From Octopus vulgaris (lineage: Eukaryota): a stretch of DNA of 64,000 bases. The notes beneath the pieces were generated by a model, which was not told the origin of the DNA, ran no database searches, and was given only the letters and a program-made list of their open reading frames with translations. The stretch covers positions 50,158,001 through 50,222,000 of the forward strand of contig OX597822.1 of NCBI GenBank assembly GCA_951406725.2, read 5' to 3'. This document shows positions 28,151 through 40,420 of the stretch, in pieces. Each line of letters opens with the position of its first letter. Position 1 is the stretch's first letter. Made by a program: the position numbers and the translations under genes.

Positions 28151-29821
28151 ATCGTGTTTGAAGTTCAAGAAAAGAAACCGGTTTCATAAATAATGCACAT
28201 ATCAAATCAAGCTTGTTTATAACTTTTCTGCTTCTTCAGAGGTTTAAGTAACATGAAATTCACGGCTGTGTAACGTATTTCGTTCTTCAATATTATCCTA
28301 TTTACTATTATGTCATTTCAGATGTATTTGAAACCTTGTACCACGGATGAATTTTTGCAACTTCATAAGACAAGAACGACTATATTTGATAAATTAAATG
28401 AGCAAACTTATATTTTATAAAATATATCTAATTTTCAGAAATATTAATTTCATGACGTATTTCGCTGTAGGCAAAATGGGTCAGATCATCCATAAAACAG
28501 TTTAAATTATTTTATTAGCTATTATAATCATACTATTGCTAACTTTTTCATTATCATATGAAGATGACATATGTGCTACATTGCAAATACTTAGAAATGC
28601 GTTTCGGAAACGATTATGTCGTGATACTCTAATTGGAATTGGAAAAGCGGACTTGAAGTCAGTACGTAAAACATTATCATAATTAATAGTTTCCTGGGAA
28701 AAGGCAAACAATAAGTTTACCAAATAGTGCAAGTGTATTCCTAGAAATTAAACGTCATTGAAAATAATTTATCAAAAATAAAGTGTTTCTTTCGTTTAAA
28801 TTTTTAATCACATGTCCAATATTTACACAAGAATTCTACATGGATTATATAACATGCATGCGATAAAATAATTCTTTGCTAGTTTCTGATGTTTTTCCAT
28901 ACACGAGGGTCATTAACTTTTATTCTTATCCCATTTTAATTTGTCTCGTTTGTAAACATTTAATATCGTCCCAGCTAATGTATGCATGAAATAAAAAGCC
29001 TATCAGCTCTAAATTTCACAAAAGGAATTCTCTTCTTTTGACGTTCAGTGTATCATACAAGACTTTACCGCAGAGAAGGCAGTTTTTTGGCCATTAACCC
29101 TTGTATTCAATTATCAGGAGCTTGTACGTTCCATAAAAATGCTGCTCGGCTTAATCGTGGCTTAGTTAAAGAGAACCGGTTTAATCACTCACATTAACGC
29201 TAATATTGAAATCATGTTACCCTACGTTTTAACATAGAAGCATATGGTATGTTCTATCAGCAGAACAGTGAAGTTAAGTGAGATTCATGTTGCCTTTTGT
29301 GTCACACATAGTGAACAATCTAACACTTATTTCGTTTTTACGAGAAACGAGATCATGAGCAACGGTATTTATTTTACAGTATTTTTATATATTCTTAACA
29401 GATAAGCATGTGCCTGCCTATACTAAATGATTCAAATAGATAAATAAAAGCTATTCAACCAAAGGAATCCATATAAATGCTCATACATTTACATACACAC
29501 ATTTAAACAGTCATCCGAAACACGCCCACACACACACACACAACAACACTCACATAAATACAAAGACACACAACGGATATATTCACAAGTAAGGTTATAC
29601 AAATTAGTGCAGTTCGAGATATGTGGGTTTGCTTTTAAGATATAGTGACGCCATTTTGTTCGGTGGACGTGATAGCCACAGCAGTTTCATCAAATGGTGT
29701 TTTGATGGCCGTAGAAGTCATAGTCTGAGTGGTTATGGATGGCTACATGTAGATTGGTAGCAGTGTTGCTGAAGATAACTATCTACATTAGTACTGGTTG
29801 TGATTGTGGTATATGCTGTAG

Positions 29822-30056
29822 GTTTAAGGCGGCGAGCTGGAAGAAACGTTAGCACGCCGGGCGAAATGCTTTGCAGTATTTCGTCTGTCGCTGCGTTCTG
29901 AGTTCAAATTCCGCTGAGGTCGACTTTGCCTTTCATCCTTTCGGGGTCGATTAAATAAGTACCAGTTACGCACTGGGGTCGATGTAATCGACTTAATCCG
30001 TTTGTCTGTCCTTGTTTGTACTCTGTGTTTAGCCCCTTGTGAGTAGTAAAGAAATA
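29822..30056 (+). mobile_element. Young tRNA-derived SINE with 14-bp target-site duplication
   Basis: ggcggcgagctgg...gagttcaaattcc (B-box-like)...gaaata; TSD ggtatatgctgtag at 29808-29821 and 30057-30070. Confidence 0.92.
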
Positions 30057-30419
30057 GGTATATGCTGTAGTTGGTGTCGGTGATAAGGTGGTGGCAGGCT
30101 TTGGCAACAATCATCATTGTGCAGTAGTGACCTTTTCCGTCGCGACGATGGAAAACATGCTGCTGGTACCAAACAATACGAGGCATCCTCATAGCGGTGA
30201 TACTTTTGATCGTTGCAAAGAATACATAGTGGATGGTCTCGGGATTGTACTACTGTACTCGGGACCGTCCCTTTGTTGACGCCTATCAAGGTAGAGAACC
30301 AACAAGGAAGAATAGCTCTGCATATCCGCAACTCAACTACCAGGTATGGTGTTTCAAATACAGCAACAACCACATCGTTATCAAGATCTGACTGTTTCAC
30401 ATCCGATTGAAGAAACACC

Positions 30420-30670
30420 TAACAACACATGCGTCTTATGTGTGTAGCTTTTGTAATCTATCTAAGCGTTGCGTTTGTTCTATGTGTGGGCAATATTTTA
30501 GCTTCTGCTCGGCGTGCTGGTACAGAACCGATGAGATCTTCCCTTCCTTAAGTTCCCTCCAATGCACATTTACCCGCTCTCCTATGCTCCGTGCTGTTTC
30601 CTCTACGTATGTTTGCTAAACCAAGCCAGATATATTCCTTCGTACAGGACTCTATAGTTGCTTGCTATCA
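30420..30670 (-). mobile_element. Penelope-like GIY-YIG endonuclease fragment
   Basis: RVLYEGIYLAW.. / TYVEETARSIGERVNVHWRELKEGKISSVLYQH / AKIL...ATLR*ITKATHI; not in the ORF track. Confidence 0.6.
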
Positions 30671-30761
30671 AGTGCTTTCAGTTTCGGACTTAGCAAAGAT
30701 ACTTCAGTTACTTCCTTAGTTGAAACAATTTAAAAGCTTACATAGGCCTGGGAAACAATTC

Positions 30762-31123
30762 TGGAGTATGTCCCTTGATGACTGACAATATTCGCATCTC
30801 TTATAACAAGGAGAAGTAGTGGGGGTGCATCACAGCTGCGTGTTGTGAGGAGTGTTTTGGGGTTTCAATAATTCACCTCTGTAAACATGGGTGTTTCATT
30901 CAAGATACTTAAACAACCCTTATTCTGGGACCTTTTGAGCGGGATGGGCTACTCGACCTCAAGGTGATGCGTTGTTTATCTTGATATGAAATCACCATGT
31001 ACCGCATATATGGTTCTGATGCATGTACCTGGTGCACCCATCTCAGACGGGTAGACATGATGTGTATATTGCGGCTCGTTTATTTGTAGTGTCACTTTGA
31101 TGGCATGTGATCCTCTTTCACGC

Positions 31124-31125
<2 letters not shown>
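30762..31125 (+). mobile_element. 3' part of a non-coding retroposon or LINE 3'UTR ending in an (AAT)n tail
   Basis: Homologous (reverse) to 46400-46945: agaagtagtggggg, gggaccttttgagcggga, gtgtcactttgatggcatg, then aataat... Confidence 0.8.
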
Positions 31126-31162
<37 letters not shown>

Positions 31163-31193
31163 CATAATCATAATCAAAGTCATAATCATAATC

Positions 31194-31228
<35 letters not shown>

Positions 31229-31322
31229 CATAATCATAATCATAATAATAATCATAATCATAATAATAATAATAATAATAACAATCAAAATAAAAACAAT
31301 CATAATAATAATAATAATAGTA

Positions 31323-31359
<37 letters not shown>

Positions 31360-31499
31360 TAATAATAATATTAATAACAATAATGCTATTAATATTAATA
31401 ATAATAATAATAATAATATTAATAGCAATAATAATATTAATAACAATAATAATAATAATGATAATAATGATGATGACAACGATGATGATGGTGATACAA

Positions 31500-31531
<32 letters not shown>

Positions 31532-31532
31532 A

Positions 31533-31565
<33 letters not shown>

Positions 31566-31650
31566 ATAATAATAATAATAATAGTAATAGTAATAATAAT
31601 AATAATAATAATAATAGTAATAATAATAATAACAATAAAAATAATAAAAT
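31123..31650. repeat. ~530-bp (AAT)n array with CAT/GAT/ACT/GCT variants
   Basis: Direct reading. Confidence 0.95.
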
Positions 31651-32221
31651 AGAACAAGAACTAAAAAACAAAAGAATATTTAACAATGTAACATATGTAA
31701 GCTCGCACTCACACACGCATATTACACATGTCGCATGTGTGTATAATTTTTTGTGCTTTTGCATGGATTTGTTTCTGTATGATTGTGTTGTTCTTGTATT
31801 CTATTCAATGTGTGTATGTGTTCTTGCGTATGACCATAGAAAGTCCAATGTATGCCAAAATACTTTTTATTAATAGCAACATGAAAATATTGAAAACAAC
31901 TACAATGAAATGAAATACAGAAAAGTACACTAAAGCGTATGAAAGGAAACAGCAAAATATTGAGATCATAAAACAAAACAAAAAAAAAGAATAGCGGCAA
32001 ACAAAGATAAATAATTATGCAAGAAGAAATGAAATAAAAATAAAAACGTAACTTAAACATATATGTAATACAATCCAAGCAACAGAACTGTGAAATATTT
32101 GCGGAAATTTCTGGTTTGCAAACATGCAAACCAATTTTGTGTGCAATGATATTATTTTAGCTTCCAGTTAAATGTCAAATGTTTCAGCTTCACTATTCCG
32201 AACGCAATATTAATTTTGAAT

Positions 32222-32390
32222 TTAAGGCGGTGAGCTGGCAGAAACGTTAGCACACCGGACGAAATGCTTAGCAGTATTTCGTCTGCCTTTACGTTCTGAG
32301 TTCAAATACCGCCGAGGTCGACTTTGCCTTTCACCTTTCGGGCTGAGATCGATCTAAAAAGTGTGGGCTTTGTGCCTAGTGTAGAAAAGG
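32222..32390 (+). mobile_element. tRNA-derived SINE, internally deleted (family of 29822-30056)
   Basis: ggcggtgagctggcagaaacgttagcac...gagttcaaataccgccgaggtcgactttgcctttca. Confidence 0.88.
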
Positions 32391-32479
32391 AAAGAGAATT
32401 TGTCAGAGAAATGATGTAATATTTGCAAACTATAGTTCTTTGTGTGAACGTATTCATGCCCATACGCATGTACGTAAGA

Positions 32480-32543
<64 letters not shown>

Positions 32544-32562
32544 TTGTGTGTGTGTGCGTGTG

Positions 32563-32612
<50 letters not shown>

Positions 32613-32642
32613 TGTGTTTGTGTGTGTGTGCGTGTGTGTGTG

Positions 32643-34024
32643 TCTATATAAAATTCTTTGTTTGCGTGTCTATCCCTCTGTCTGTTCCCTGTGCTTTCTC
32701 AAATGGTACCACTATATCCACCAAACCGCTCCATCAAAATATTACATGAAATTAGTGTCAACATGTAATTTTTATTTTCCTTTCGATTAAAACAATATAT
32801 TTTATCGCAAATGACATTTTATACCATGTCGAGGACGACGTCACATTTTGTACATGAGTGTGAATGTATCTTCGAGTTTGTGTGTTTGCGCATGCGTTAC
32901 GTACGACATAGTAAATGTCATTTTATACCACGTCCACGACCACGACCACGACACATTTTGTATATGAGTGCGTATGTGTTTGTTAGTATGTGTGTATTTT
33001 CACGTTCGTAACGTGAACGTACATTTGTGTGTGTTTGTCCTAGTATATGTATGTGAGTGCATGTGATAGTGTACTTGTGTATCCGTACGTGAAAATGTAT
33101 GTATACGTTTGTCAATGTTTGTGTGTTTGCGCCTTCCTTACGTACGAGATAATAAAGGGCATTTTATACCACAACGACGACACATTTTGTGTAAGAGTGT
33201 TTATTTGTTTGTCAGTGAGTCTGTGTCTGCGCCTTCCTCATGTATAAGAGAGCAAAGCACATTATATACTGACTCCAACTTATGAAATGCATGATACAGT
33301 CAATCATGAACTTCTTCAAAACAACAGATACACCAGAAATTAATTTTCCACCAATTCACGCAACAGTCGATCAGAATTAGGCTGTCCAATACCCTGTCGA
33401 ATTTGTTAACACACTTAAACCTAATGGGATACCACCGCATACCTTGACATTAAAGTTGGATGACCCTATTATATTGCATAGGAATCTTGACCTACCTCAA
33501 CTGTGTACTGGAACTCGCTTAATTGTTGCATCCTTGAAACCCCATGTCCTACAAGCAACAATTATAACAGGTAGCCAGAGAGAGGAAAATTTCTGTATTC
33601 CAAAATTTCCTCTCATACCTCATATTTGAATTTACGAGGCTTGAATATCCAGTCAAGCTAAGTTTAGGTGTTTCAGTTAACAAATCCCAGGGTCAATCTC
33701 TGAAGGTAGTTGGGTTTCATCTACTACATACTTCTTTCACGTCCAACTCTATGCTGGTTGCTCACGAGTTGGAAGTAGTAGTAATTTATTCATTTGGACA
33801 CAGACAAAAATTACACAATGGATATTGTTTACACTGAGGTGCTTCAAATTTCACACATTTTTCAGTTCCAAATTCTATTATCATTAAAATTTGGATATTT
33901 ATTATTAAACTACAGATATTTTGGAATAATTATCAGAAAAAAGGAAACCATAACTTTATATTTATTGTTAACTAATCTGGAAAAGAATAGCAGTAACCCG
34001 GGAAACGCCAAGTAATTCAGCTGG
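32643..34024 (+). mobile_element. Non-autonomous Helitron: 5' TC end, internal minisatellite, Pif1 helicase C-terminal remnant, 3' hairpin + CTGG
   Basis: 33380-33845 reads YPVEFVNTLKPNGIPPHTLTLK..PIILHRNL...LCTGTRL...IPKFPL / RLEYPVKL..VSVNKSQGQSL / QLYAGCSRV / IVYTEVL (RepHel Pif1 motifs). The end acccgggaaacgccaagtaattcagCTGG-t is a degenerate hairpin + CTRR. The start TCtatataaaattc...atgaaatt resembles Helitron 5' ends. Confidence 0.8.
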
Positions 34025-34424
34025 TATATTCATATGTATTTATCAGATTGTATAAATACACAGAAAGTAGACCATCGATAGAAGGGGCAGTCACAACCCA
34101 AACCACGAAAACAACTTTCAAGGCACATCGCATGTGGGCACTAGAATGAATAAAAATTCAGTAAGCCCTATACTCATGAGTTTCACCTTTAATGACTTAG
34201 TAAATCAATTAATCAATTGATCGATCCGCCATATGTAGCTCGTCAGTAAGGTCGCTGGGAAAAATTCATAATTATGAAACTTGAATACGTACCTTAAATA
34301 TAAATTAGAGAGGCTCGCCCTCAGTTCATGAATTCCACTACAGTGTCCCAACGGGCTACGTCAGGACAGTACAGCAGTGAATAGATTCAATAGTCTACTA
34401 AATGGCCTGATAACTAAAAACTTC

Positions 34425-34648
34425 AACTATAAATATAAGGGTAAAAATTACTAATATCTTATTCATTTTAGTACCGACATGCAACGCACCTTTCGAATTT
34501 GTTTCTAGCATGTAAGAAGTGCTATCGATTGTCTTTTCTCCGTGTATTTATACACTCTGATAAACAAATATTTTACGCCTAATGCTTTTAGTATACATGC
34601 CGACCACTGGTAATAAATTATTTAATAACTTTTACGCTTGTATTTATA

Positions 34649-34651
<3 letters not shown>
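34425..34651. repeat. Module with imperfect ~30-bp terminal inverted repeats, next to a TA tract
   Basis: aactataaatataagggtaaaaatta / taacttttacgcttgtatttatagtt. Confidence 0.65.
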
Positions 34652-34684
<33 letters not shown>

Positions 34685-34689
<5 letters not shown>

Positions 34690-34910
34690 GATATCTAAAA
34701 ACGTATGGGGAACGAGAACATAAAAAACAAAAATATAGAAAACGAATATTTTTTGAACAACGAAAAAACAAACAGAGAAACGAGACATGCAACATAAAGA
34801 ACATTCCCTTCATCAGTTGTCCTCTGTTTTGCGGAGTAAGAAAAAAGTTCGTTTTCTATGTTTTTTATGTTCGCATTTCTCATTCTGTCTACGGTTTTTT
34901 ATGTCCTGTA
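34685..34910. repeat. Imperfect fold-back module between TA tracts, with minus-strand CTGATGA in the loop
   Basis: tacagga...aacataaaaaac...tagaaaacgaa / ttcgttttcta...gttttttatgtt...tcctgta. Confidence 0.7.
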
Positions 34911-34921
34911 CACGTATATGC

Positions 34922-34967
<46 letters not shown>

Positions 34968-35018
34968 AGGTATGTACATATATGTATGTACATATGCAAA
35001 TATACATACATACATACA

Positions 35019-35079
<61 letters not shown>

Positions 35080-35080
35080 T

Positions 35081-35137
35081 TTGGCTGATGAGAAATCAGG
35101 CACCTATCTGGCGCTAAATTTCGAAACCGGTACCAGG
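35081..35137 (+). ncRNA. Minimal type I hammerhead ribozyme motif (PLE/retrozyme type), core intact
   Basis: ttgg-CTGATGA-gaaat...atttc-GAAA-ccgg-TA-ccagg: stem I tgg/cca (plus GU pairs), stem II gaaat/atttc, palindromic stem III CCGG, cleavage triplet GUA. Confidence 0.8.
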
Positions 35138-35434
35138 TTGACCAGCATTTACTTGTTCTGACCCCTTTGAGGTAAGATATTATTATTGTTCACTGATATC
35201 TTTTCCTATCTTGTCTGTAATGTATTTGGAACTATTCCATGGTACAGAAGTATTTTTTTGACTTCTATCATTAGCGATATAGGTACTCATGCAGTACTCT
35301 TGTGTATATATGTGCATAACTAATATTGTATGTATGTATTTTATTAATTTGTCTGTACGGATGATAATTCTCTTGCCACTTGTGATGGCATTTTAATAAT
35401 ACCAACCCTATATTTATATATGTATATATATATA

Positions 35435-35800
35435 GTTACGGTATATTTCGTTAAGAACATAGTAGAGTACAGTATAAAGCACGTTCACCTTCAGATTTAT
35501 CCTATACCATCCAGTAGTACTATTATACGTTCTTCCAGTTTTGCGTTTGGGCATCTATAATGTGTGATTATATAATTGATAAAATTGGGGTCAACAAGAA
35601 GCGGTACGATTGAACATTTATTTTTTAATCACTACAATTGGTTCCTCGCAACGTAGTTCTCTAGAGTACAGCTACTTAATCATGCATTATGAGATCTAGT
35701 TATTTCACCTCAGGCAATATGTAAATATTATCTCCATCAGTTTGAATTATTCGGATCAAGAACATCCCGTCTGTCAGTCGTGGTCTGATTTTTCCAATTA
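35435..35800 (-). mobile_element. Non-coding repeat with degenerate long-stem-II hammerhead (35628-35718)
   Basis: Minus strand: ttgc-CTGAGGT-gaaataactag...ctacgttgcga-GGAA-ccaattg-TA-gtga; related to 49838-50330 and 17380-17510. Confidence 0.55.
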
Positions 35801-36516
35801 CACACATACACACACACACACAAACTGTGTAAACTGTGGGTACAGCCGAATATTCAGTGGGCTATGTAGATAGATATATGCATGTGTGTCTGTGGGGTGT
35901 ATGTATATATGTGTATATGCACACGTATGTAAGCATATGGATATGAAAATAAACAAATCAACTTAGAGACGGATGGGTACATATGAACAGACAAGCACAT
36001 ATACGCAAATGGAGACTGAGACACATGACCATATATATACACACTTTACTCCACACAAAGATGCACATGGAGACACAGATCCACACATATATAAATATGC
36101 ACATCCATACTTACAAACATGGTACATAGTTGCAAAACACACACATACACACACAAGGAGATAGAGGTGGATACATATAAAAACACACGCACACACATAC
36201 ATATATACATTTGCATACACAAACATATATGCATACGCAGAAATATATACATACACATACATGCATACATACATTCATAGACGCATTCATGCGTGCAACA
36301 GGCACATACACGTGCACACACACACACTGACACATACACTCACACACAAACAAACAAAAAGGAACGCAGTGTAAATAACGGACAGTCCAGACTATTGAAA
36401 AGTTTGCAAGACGCAACGAAAATTTTTGGAAAATAAAAATAAAAATAAGTGGAAATTTTACCGGTGAGTGTCAATTATAAGGCACACAAAGAAAATGACT
36501 CTCCACAGACTCAACG

Positions 36517-36574
<58 letters not shown>

Positions 36575-36580
<6 letters not shown>

Positions 36581-37234
36581 ATTTATAAATGAGGATAATA
36601 TCGATATTTAAATATCGATATTATCAAGTGGCCAGCATGGGAAAAAATAGCGTACAAAGGTAATAATTTTTTACGATATGAATATTTAACGTGGTTTTTA
36701 TAGTCAGAGTTTCGACTGCTATTTCGGCATGGTGGTGTCTCTCAGACACCACCATTTTTAATTGTAAAAAATTATTACCTTTGTACGGTATTTTTTCCCA
36801 TGCTGGCCACTTGATAATATCGATATTTAAATATCGATATTATCCTCATTTATAAATTTATATAATTCGTCATTATATTCACTGCGGTGTTTATTTTAAG
36901 CATATCGTGCGTATGGGGTGTTTTGGCGGGCAATTTAACTGGCCGTGTGCATACGTACATATCTATGTATGGACGTTCGTATATGTAAGTATATCATTTG
37001 TTCTGCATATATATATATCTGTATTTATGTACTCTTGATATATTCAACCGATGACGGTAAAGCTTATTTAAAGCAAAACCAGAAATCCTGGATCTTGAAT
37101 TATTCAATAACTTTTGCTTGTCTATTTTGTCCCTCTGTCTTATCTCATGGTACGATATGAACATTTAACGTGGTTTTTATAGTCAGAGTTTCGACTGCTA
37201 TTTTGGCATGGTGGTGTCTCTCAGACACCCCCAT

Positions 37235-37242
<8 letters not shown>
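36575..37242 (+). mobile_element. Retrozyme/PLE-like mini-element: 479-bp monomer + 92-bp terminal redundancy + ~100-bp inverted arm, within (TA)n
   Basis: Direct repeats 36672-36763 and 37151-37242; inverted arms 36575-36674 and 36764-36863; hammerhead-like motif at 37043-37099. Confidence 0.8.
37043..37099 (+). ncRNA. Minimal hammerhead motif with a U4-to-C core substitution
   Basis: ttcaa-CCGATGA-cggt..gct..agc..acca-GAAA-tcctgga-TC-ttgaa; stem I ttcaa/ttgaa is perfect. Confidence 0.65.
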
Positions 37243-37280
<38 letters not shown>

Positions 37281-37282
<2 letters not shown>

Positions 37283-37483
37283 CGGGTAGGTTTACGAAAA
37301 TAAACAAAAGACGAAGGCAGGTGGAGTACAAACAAATAATGTATTAGTATGGCGCTCAGGAATAGAAATAAAACAAGTCTTTTACATTTCAAGGCTACGC
37401 TCTTCGACAGAAAGATACACAGAAAAGAAACAAGGAGAGAAAAAAATTGCGTGTAGGGGCTAACGGTCCAACATGGTGTTCTA
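37281..37483 (-). mobile_element. ~200-bp hammerhead-bearing mini-element between TA tracts (motif at 37378-37415)
   Basis: Minus strand: tcttt-CTGTCGA-a-gagcgtagcctt-GAAA-tg-TA-aaaga, followed by ttcctgagcg; homologous to 53650-53846. Confidence 0.65.
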
Positions 37484-37582
37484 ATATATATATATATTAG
37501 TAACTTAAAATTTATGCCCATTCATAGAATTACCACTGGTTTCGCACCAATAAAAACAGCAACATCAGTACGGCCACATATA

Positions 37583-37757
37583 TACGAGGCGGCGGGGGGG
37601 GGGATTCCTGGCATTAAGTATGTTTTCAAAGGCCTGTAGAAACTCTGCAATAAATTTGTGAATCTGAGACGGGAATACGTTGAATAAAATCATACTTAAC
37701 TTATCCTCCTGTATTTACTTTTACCCAAAGCCATGAACTTTACTGCATACCCTCGTA
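37583..37757 (+). mobile_element. Mariner-derived MITE
   Basis: Ends TA-cgagg...ttcctggc and gccatgaa...cctcg-TA; the interior encodes KFVNLRREYVE*, the mariner C-terminal G.YVE* motif. Confidence 0.7.
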
Positions 37758-37766
37758 TATGTATAT

Positions 37767-38162
37767 TCTTTTACTCTTTTACTCTTTTACTTGTTTCAGT
37801 CATTTGACTGTGGCCATGCTGGAGCGCCGCCTTTAATCGAGCAATTCGACCTCGGGACTTATTCTTTGTAAGCCCCGTACTTATTCTATCGGTCTTTTTT
37901 GCCGAACCGCTAAGTGACGGGGTCATAAAGACACCCGCATCGATTGTCAAGCGATGCTAGGGGGACAAACGCAGACACACGAACATATATGCACACATAC
38001 ATATATATACATATATACGACAGGCGTCTTTCAGTTTCCGTCTACCAAATCCCCTCACAAGGCTTTGGTCGGCCCGAGGCTATAGTAGAAGACACTTGCT
38101 CAAGGTGCCACGCAGTGGGACTGAACCCGGAACCACACTTACCACACAGCCACTCTTGCGCC
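37767..38162 (-). mobile_element. tRNA-derived SINE (family of 22941-23354) with a small deletion in the head
   Basis: High similarity to 22941-23354 along its whole length. Confidence 0.9.
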
Positions 38163-38239
38163 TGTATGTATATATATACAAATATTTATTGATACATGTA
38201 ATATGCACTTAAGTGTATAAAACCGTATATACTAACCAT

Positions 38240-38288
<49 letters not shown>

Positions 38289-38294
38289 CACACT

Positions 38295-38338
<44 letters not shown>

Positions 38339-38891
38339 AACATGCATATATATATACACACACATATAGATACATATATACATGCATATCGGCATAATGC
38401 CCAGACATAAACTCATATTAACACCTATAAAGAAAGAGAGCTATTTACCAATAAACGAAAGTAGTTTGGGAAGGAAGGAAAATGTATAGATAAATGAATA
38501 AGGTAAATTAGCCTTACATTAAGTTATATTATTCAGTGGGGTATAGCCGTTGGAACATTATTTAAACATATTTTATAAAGTAAGCTGTACAAAGGGATAA
38601 GATAAAATAAAGATGAAAATAAACATATAAAGAGAATATGCAAGGCATTCAGGAATACACCAATAATAAATTTTTGTCTGGACAAAATTATAAAATAAAA
38701 ATCAGTAGTCAAAGGCCATGGAAAAGAAAATTCGGTATAGCTTGACTGAAAATAGTTTAAAATTGTCGAAGAGAGAGAGAGACAGAGACAGAGAGAAAGA
38801 GAGAGATTGCAAAAAAGTAGGGGAACGTAAGGTCAAAATTTCCTATCCTTATGGAATTGTTTTGCAGTTCATAAGGTACATGGAAACGTAG

Positions 38892-38976
<85 letters not shown>

Positions 38977-39639
38977 TGATCAGTAGTTCATACATCCGAA
39001 GATGAATCAGCCTGTAAGATATAAAAGTAGTAATATATTTTTCGCTCAGCTATGTGGTATTGGAATAATTTAAGTTGATATAAGTTTTCACTGCGAGAAA
39101 AAAACTTACTGGAGTAGCTATAATATTTATACTTAATAATCTCTCATCAAACATAATCAACTGCTGGGGTAGCAGAGAGTTTGATAAAAATTAAATTGCA
39201 AGACTTTGTTGTTTGTAGACAAAAATTTGAGAATAAAGTACGTTATGGAAGTTTCCAAACATGCCCGCGCGCGTGTGCACACACAGACAAATGTTGGGCG
39301 TACTCCCCAACATAAACCTACATAGGCACACAAACAAAGTAAATTCTGATGGCGTCTAATGATAATGAGATGAAGAAAAGAATATTCTTATTCTAACCAT
39401 TTTGTTTTTTCTTCTGTGTTTACTTATTTATTTCATTGGATTTAGCAACTGTTTAACAATAAAAATATATAAATAGAAGAAAAAAGTTTTAAGATATATC
39501 ATTTGATTCAATGAAATTTCCAGTAAACAGGAGCAACGAATTCGAGAAGATGAAAAGCAGCACAACTACCGAAATATTGAGAACCACTCGACGTGAAAAG
39601 CATGCTATAATTCAACATACAACGGCGCAAATGCTGAAC

Positions 39640-40420
39640 AACATTATTGTGGCGATACAATTTTACTGTGTCAGTTTTGCATGATCAAACGGTTTCTATA
39701 TGAACGACCTTCTGATGGCTACTTCAATAACTGCTACCATAAAGGAAAACTGCATCGTTGTCTTAGAAGAGAATTTCGGCAATACTTGAAATCCTAAGGG
39801 TCAGATCTTCAAATCTTCATTATAGCATTTTAAGAGAAAATATCGGGTCATAAAACATTGCATTTCCTTTGTATCGATGGGTTCACACTTGGCAGAACTT
39901 CCTGGAAGGTGTCCATTTCGCTTTGGAGTTCAATGATAAGTGTACCACAGAACATCACATATGCATCCAACTGATGATTAGCAAAGAAAGTTTGCTCATC
40001 TATGACATTGATGCTACAGAATCTCATAATGCATGAACATGGAATAATTCAAATAAAATAATAGCAACGTTGGACACAATTATACGTAAAATCAACGCCT
40101 ATGCAGTAGCCTTTAAAACTACCAAGGAAGTTGAAACTGAGGAAGAAGAACGTTAACGCCGAGATGGAAAGCTTATGCCGATAGTAAATATTGCTTTTAA
40201 CAGAGAGTGTAGGGCAGATAGGTGTAGATATAATTTACCAAATGGAGATAAAATCTCATTGTTTTATAGAAATTCTGATGGAGATTTTCGAGTTTATACA
40301 AAAAAAAAAAGCCATGTGCCACTGATTGATTTTAACAATTTGAGCCCGAATTTGGACTCGATGACATATGATATATTTCTTTACCTCTTGGTGAACCGGG
40401 GTAGCAACCACAAATGGCGG
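39640..40420 (+). mobile_element. Helitron RepHel N-terminal remnant
   Basis: CQFC..KRF.YERP....FNNCYHKGK; FRENI.S*NIAFPFVSMG..LPGR.PF; LDTIIRKINAYA; DRCRYNLP; SPNLDSMTY. These match the Helitron N-terminal zinc finger, NIRSYN.AFAS.G, D.RRYN.P and DPM.YP motifs. Confidence 0.75.

Noticed and set aside
31097-31873. 258-aa poly-Asn ORF and overlapping poly-Ile/Leu ORFs
   Set aside because: Product of the AAT array; no coding context
32815-33270. Repeat-spacer pattern resembling a CRISPR array
   Set aside because: The inter-repeat segments are themselves similar, the units are degenerate, the context is eukaryotic and there are no cas genes; it is a minisatellite
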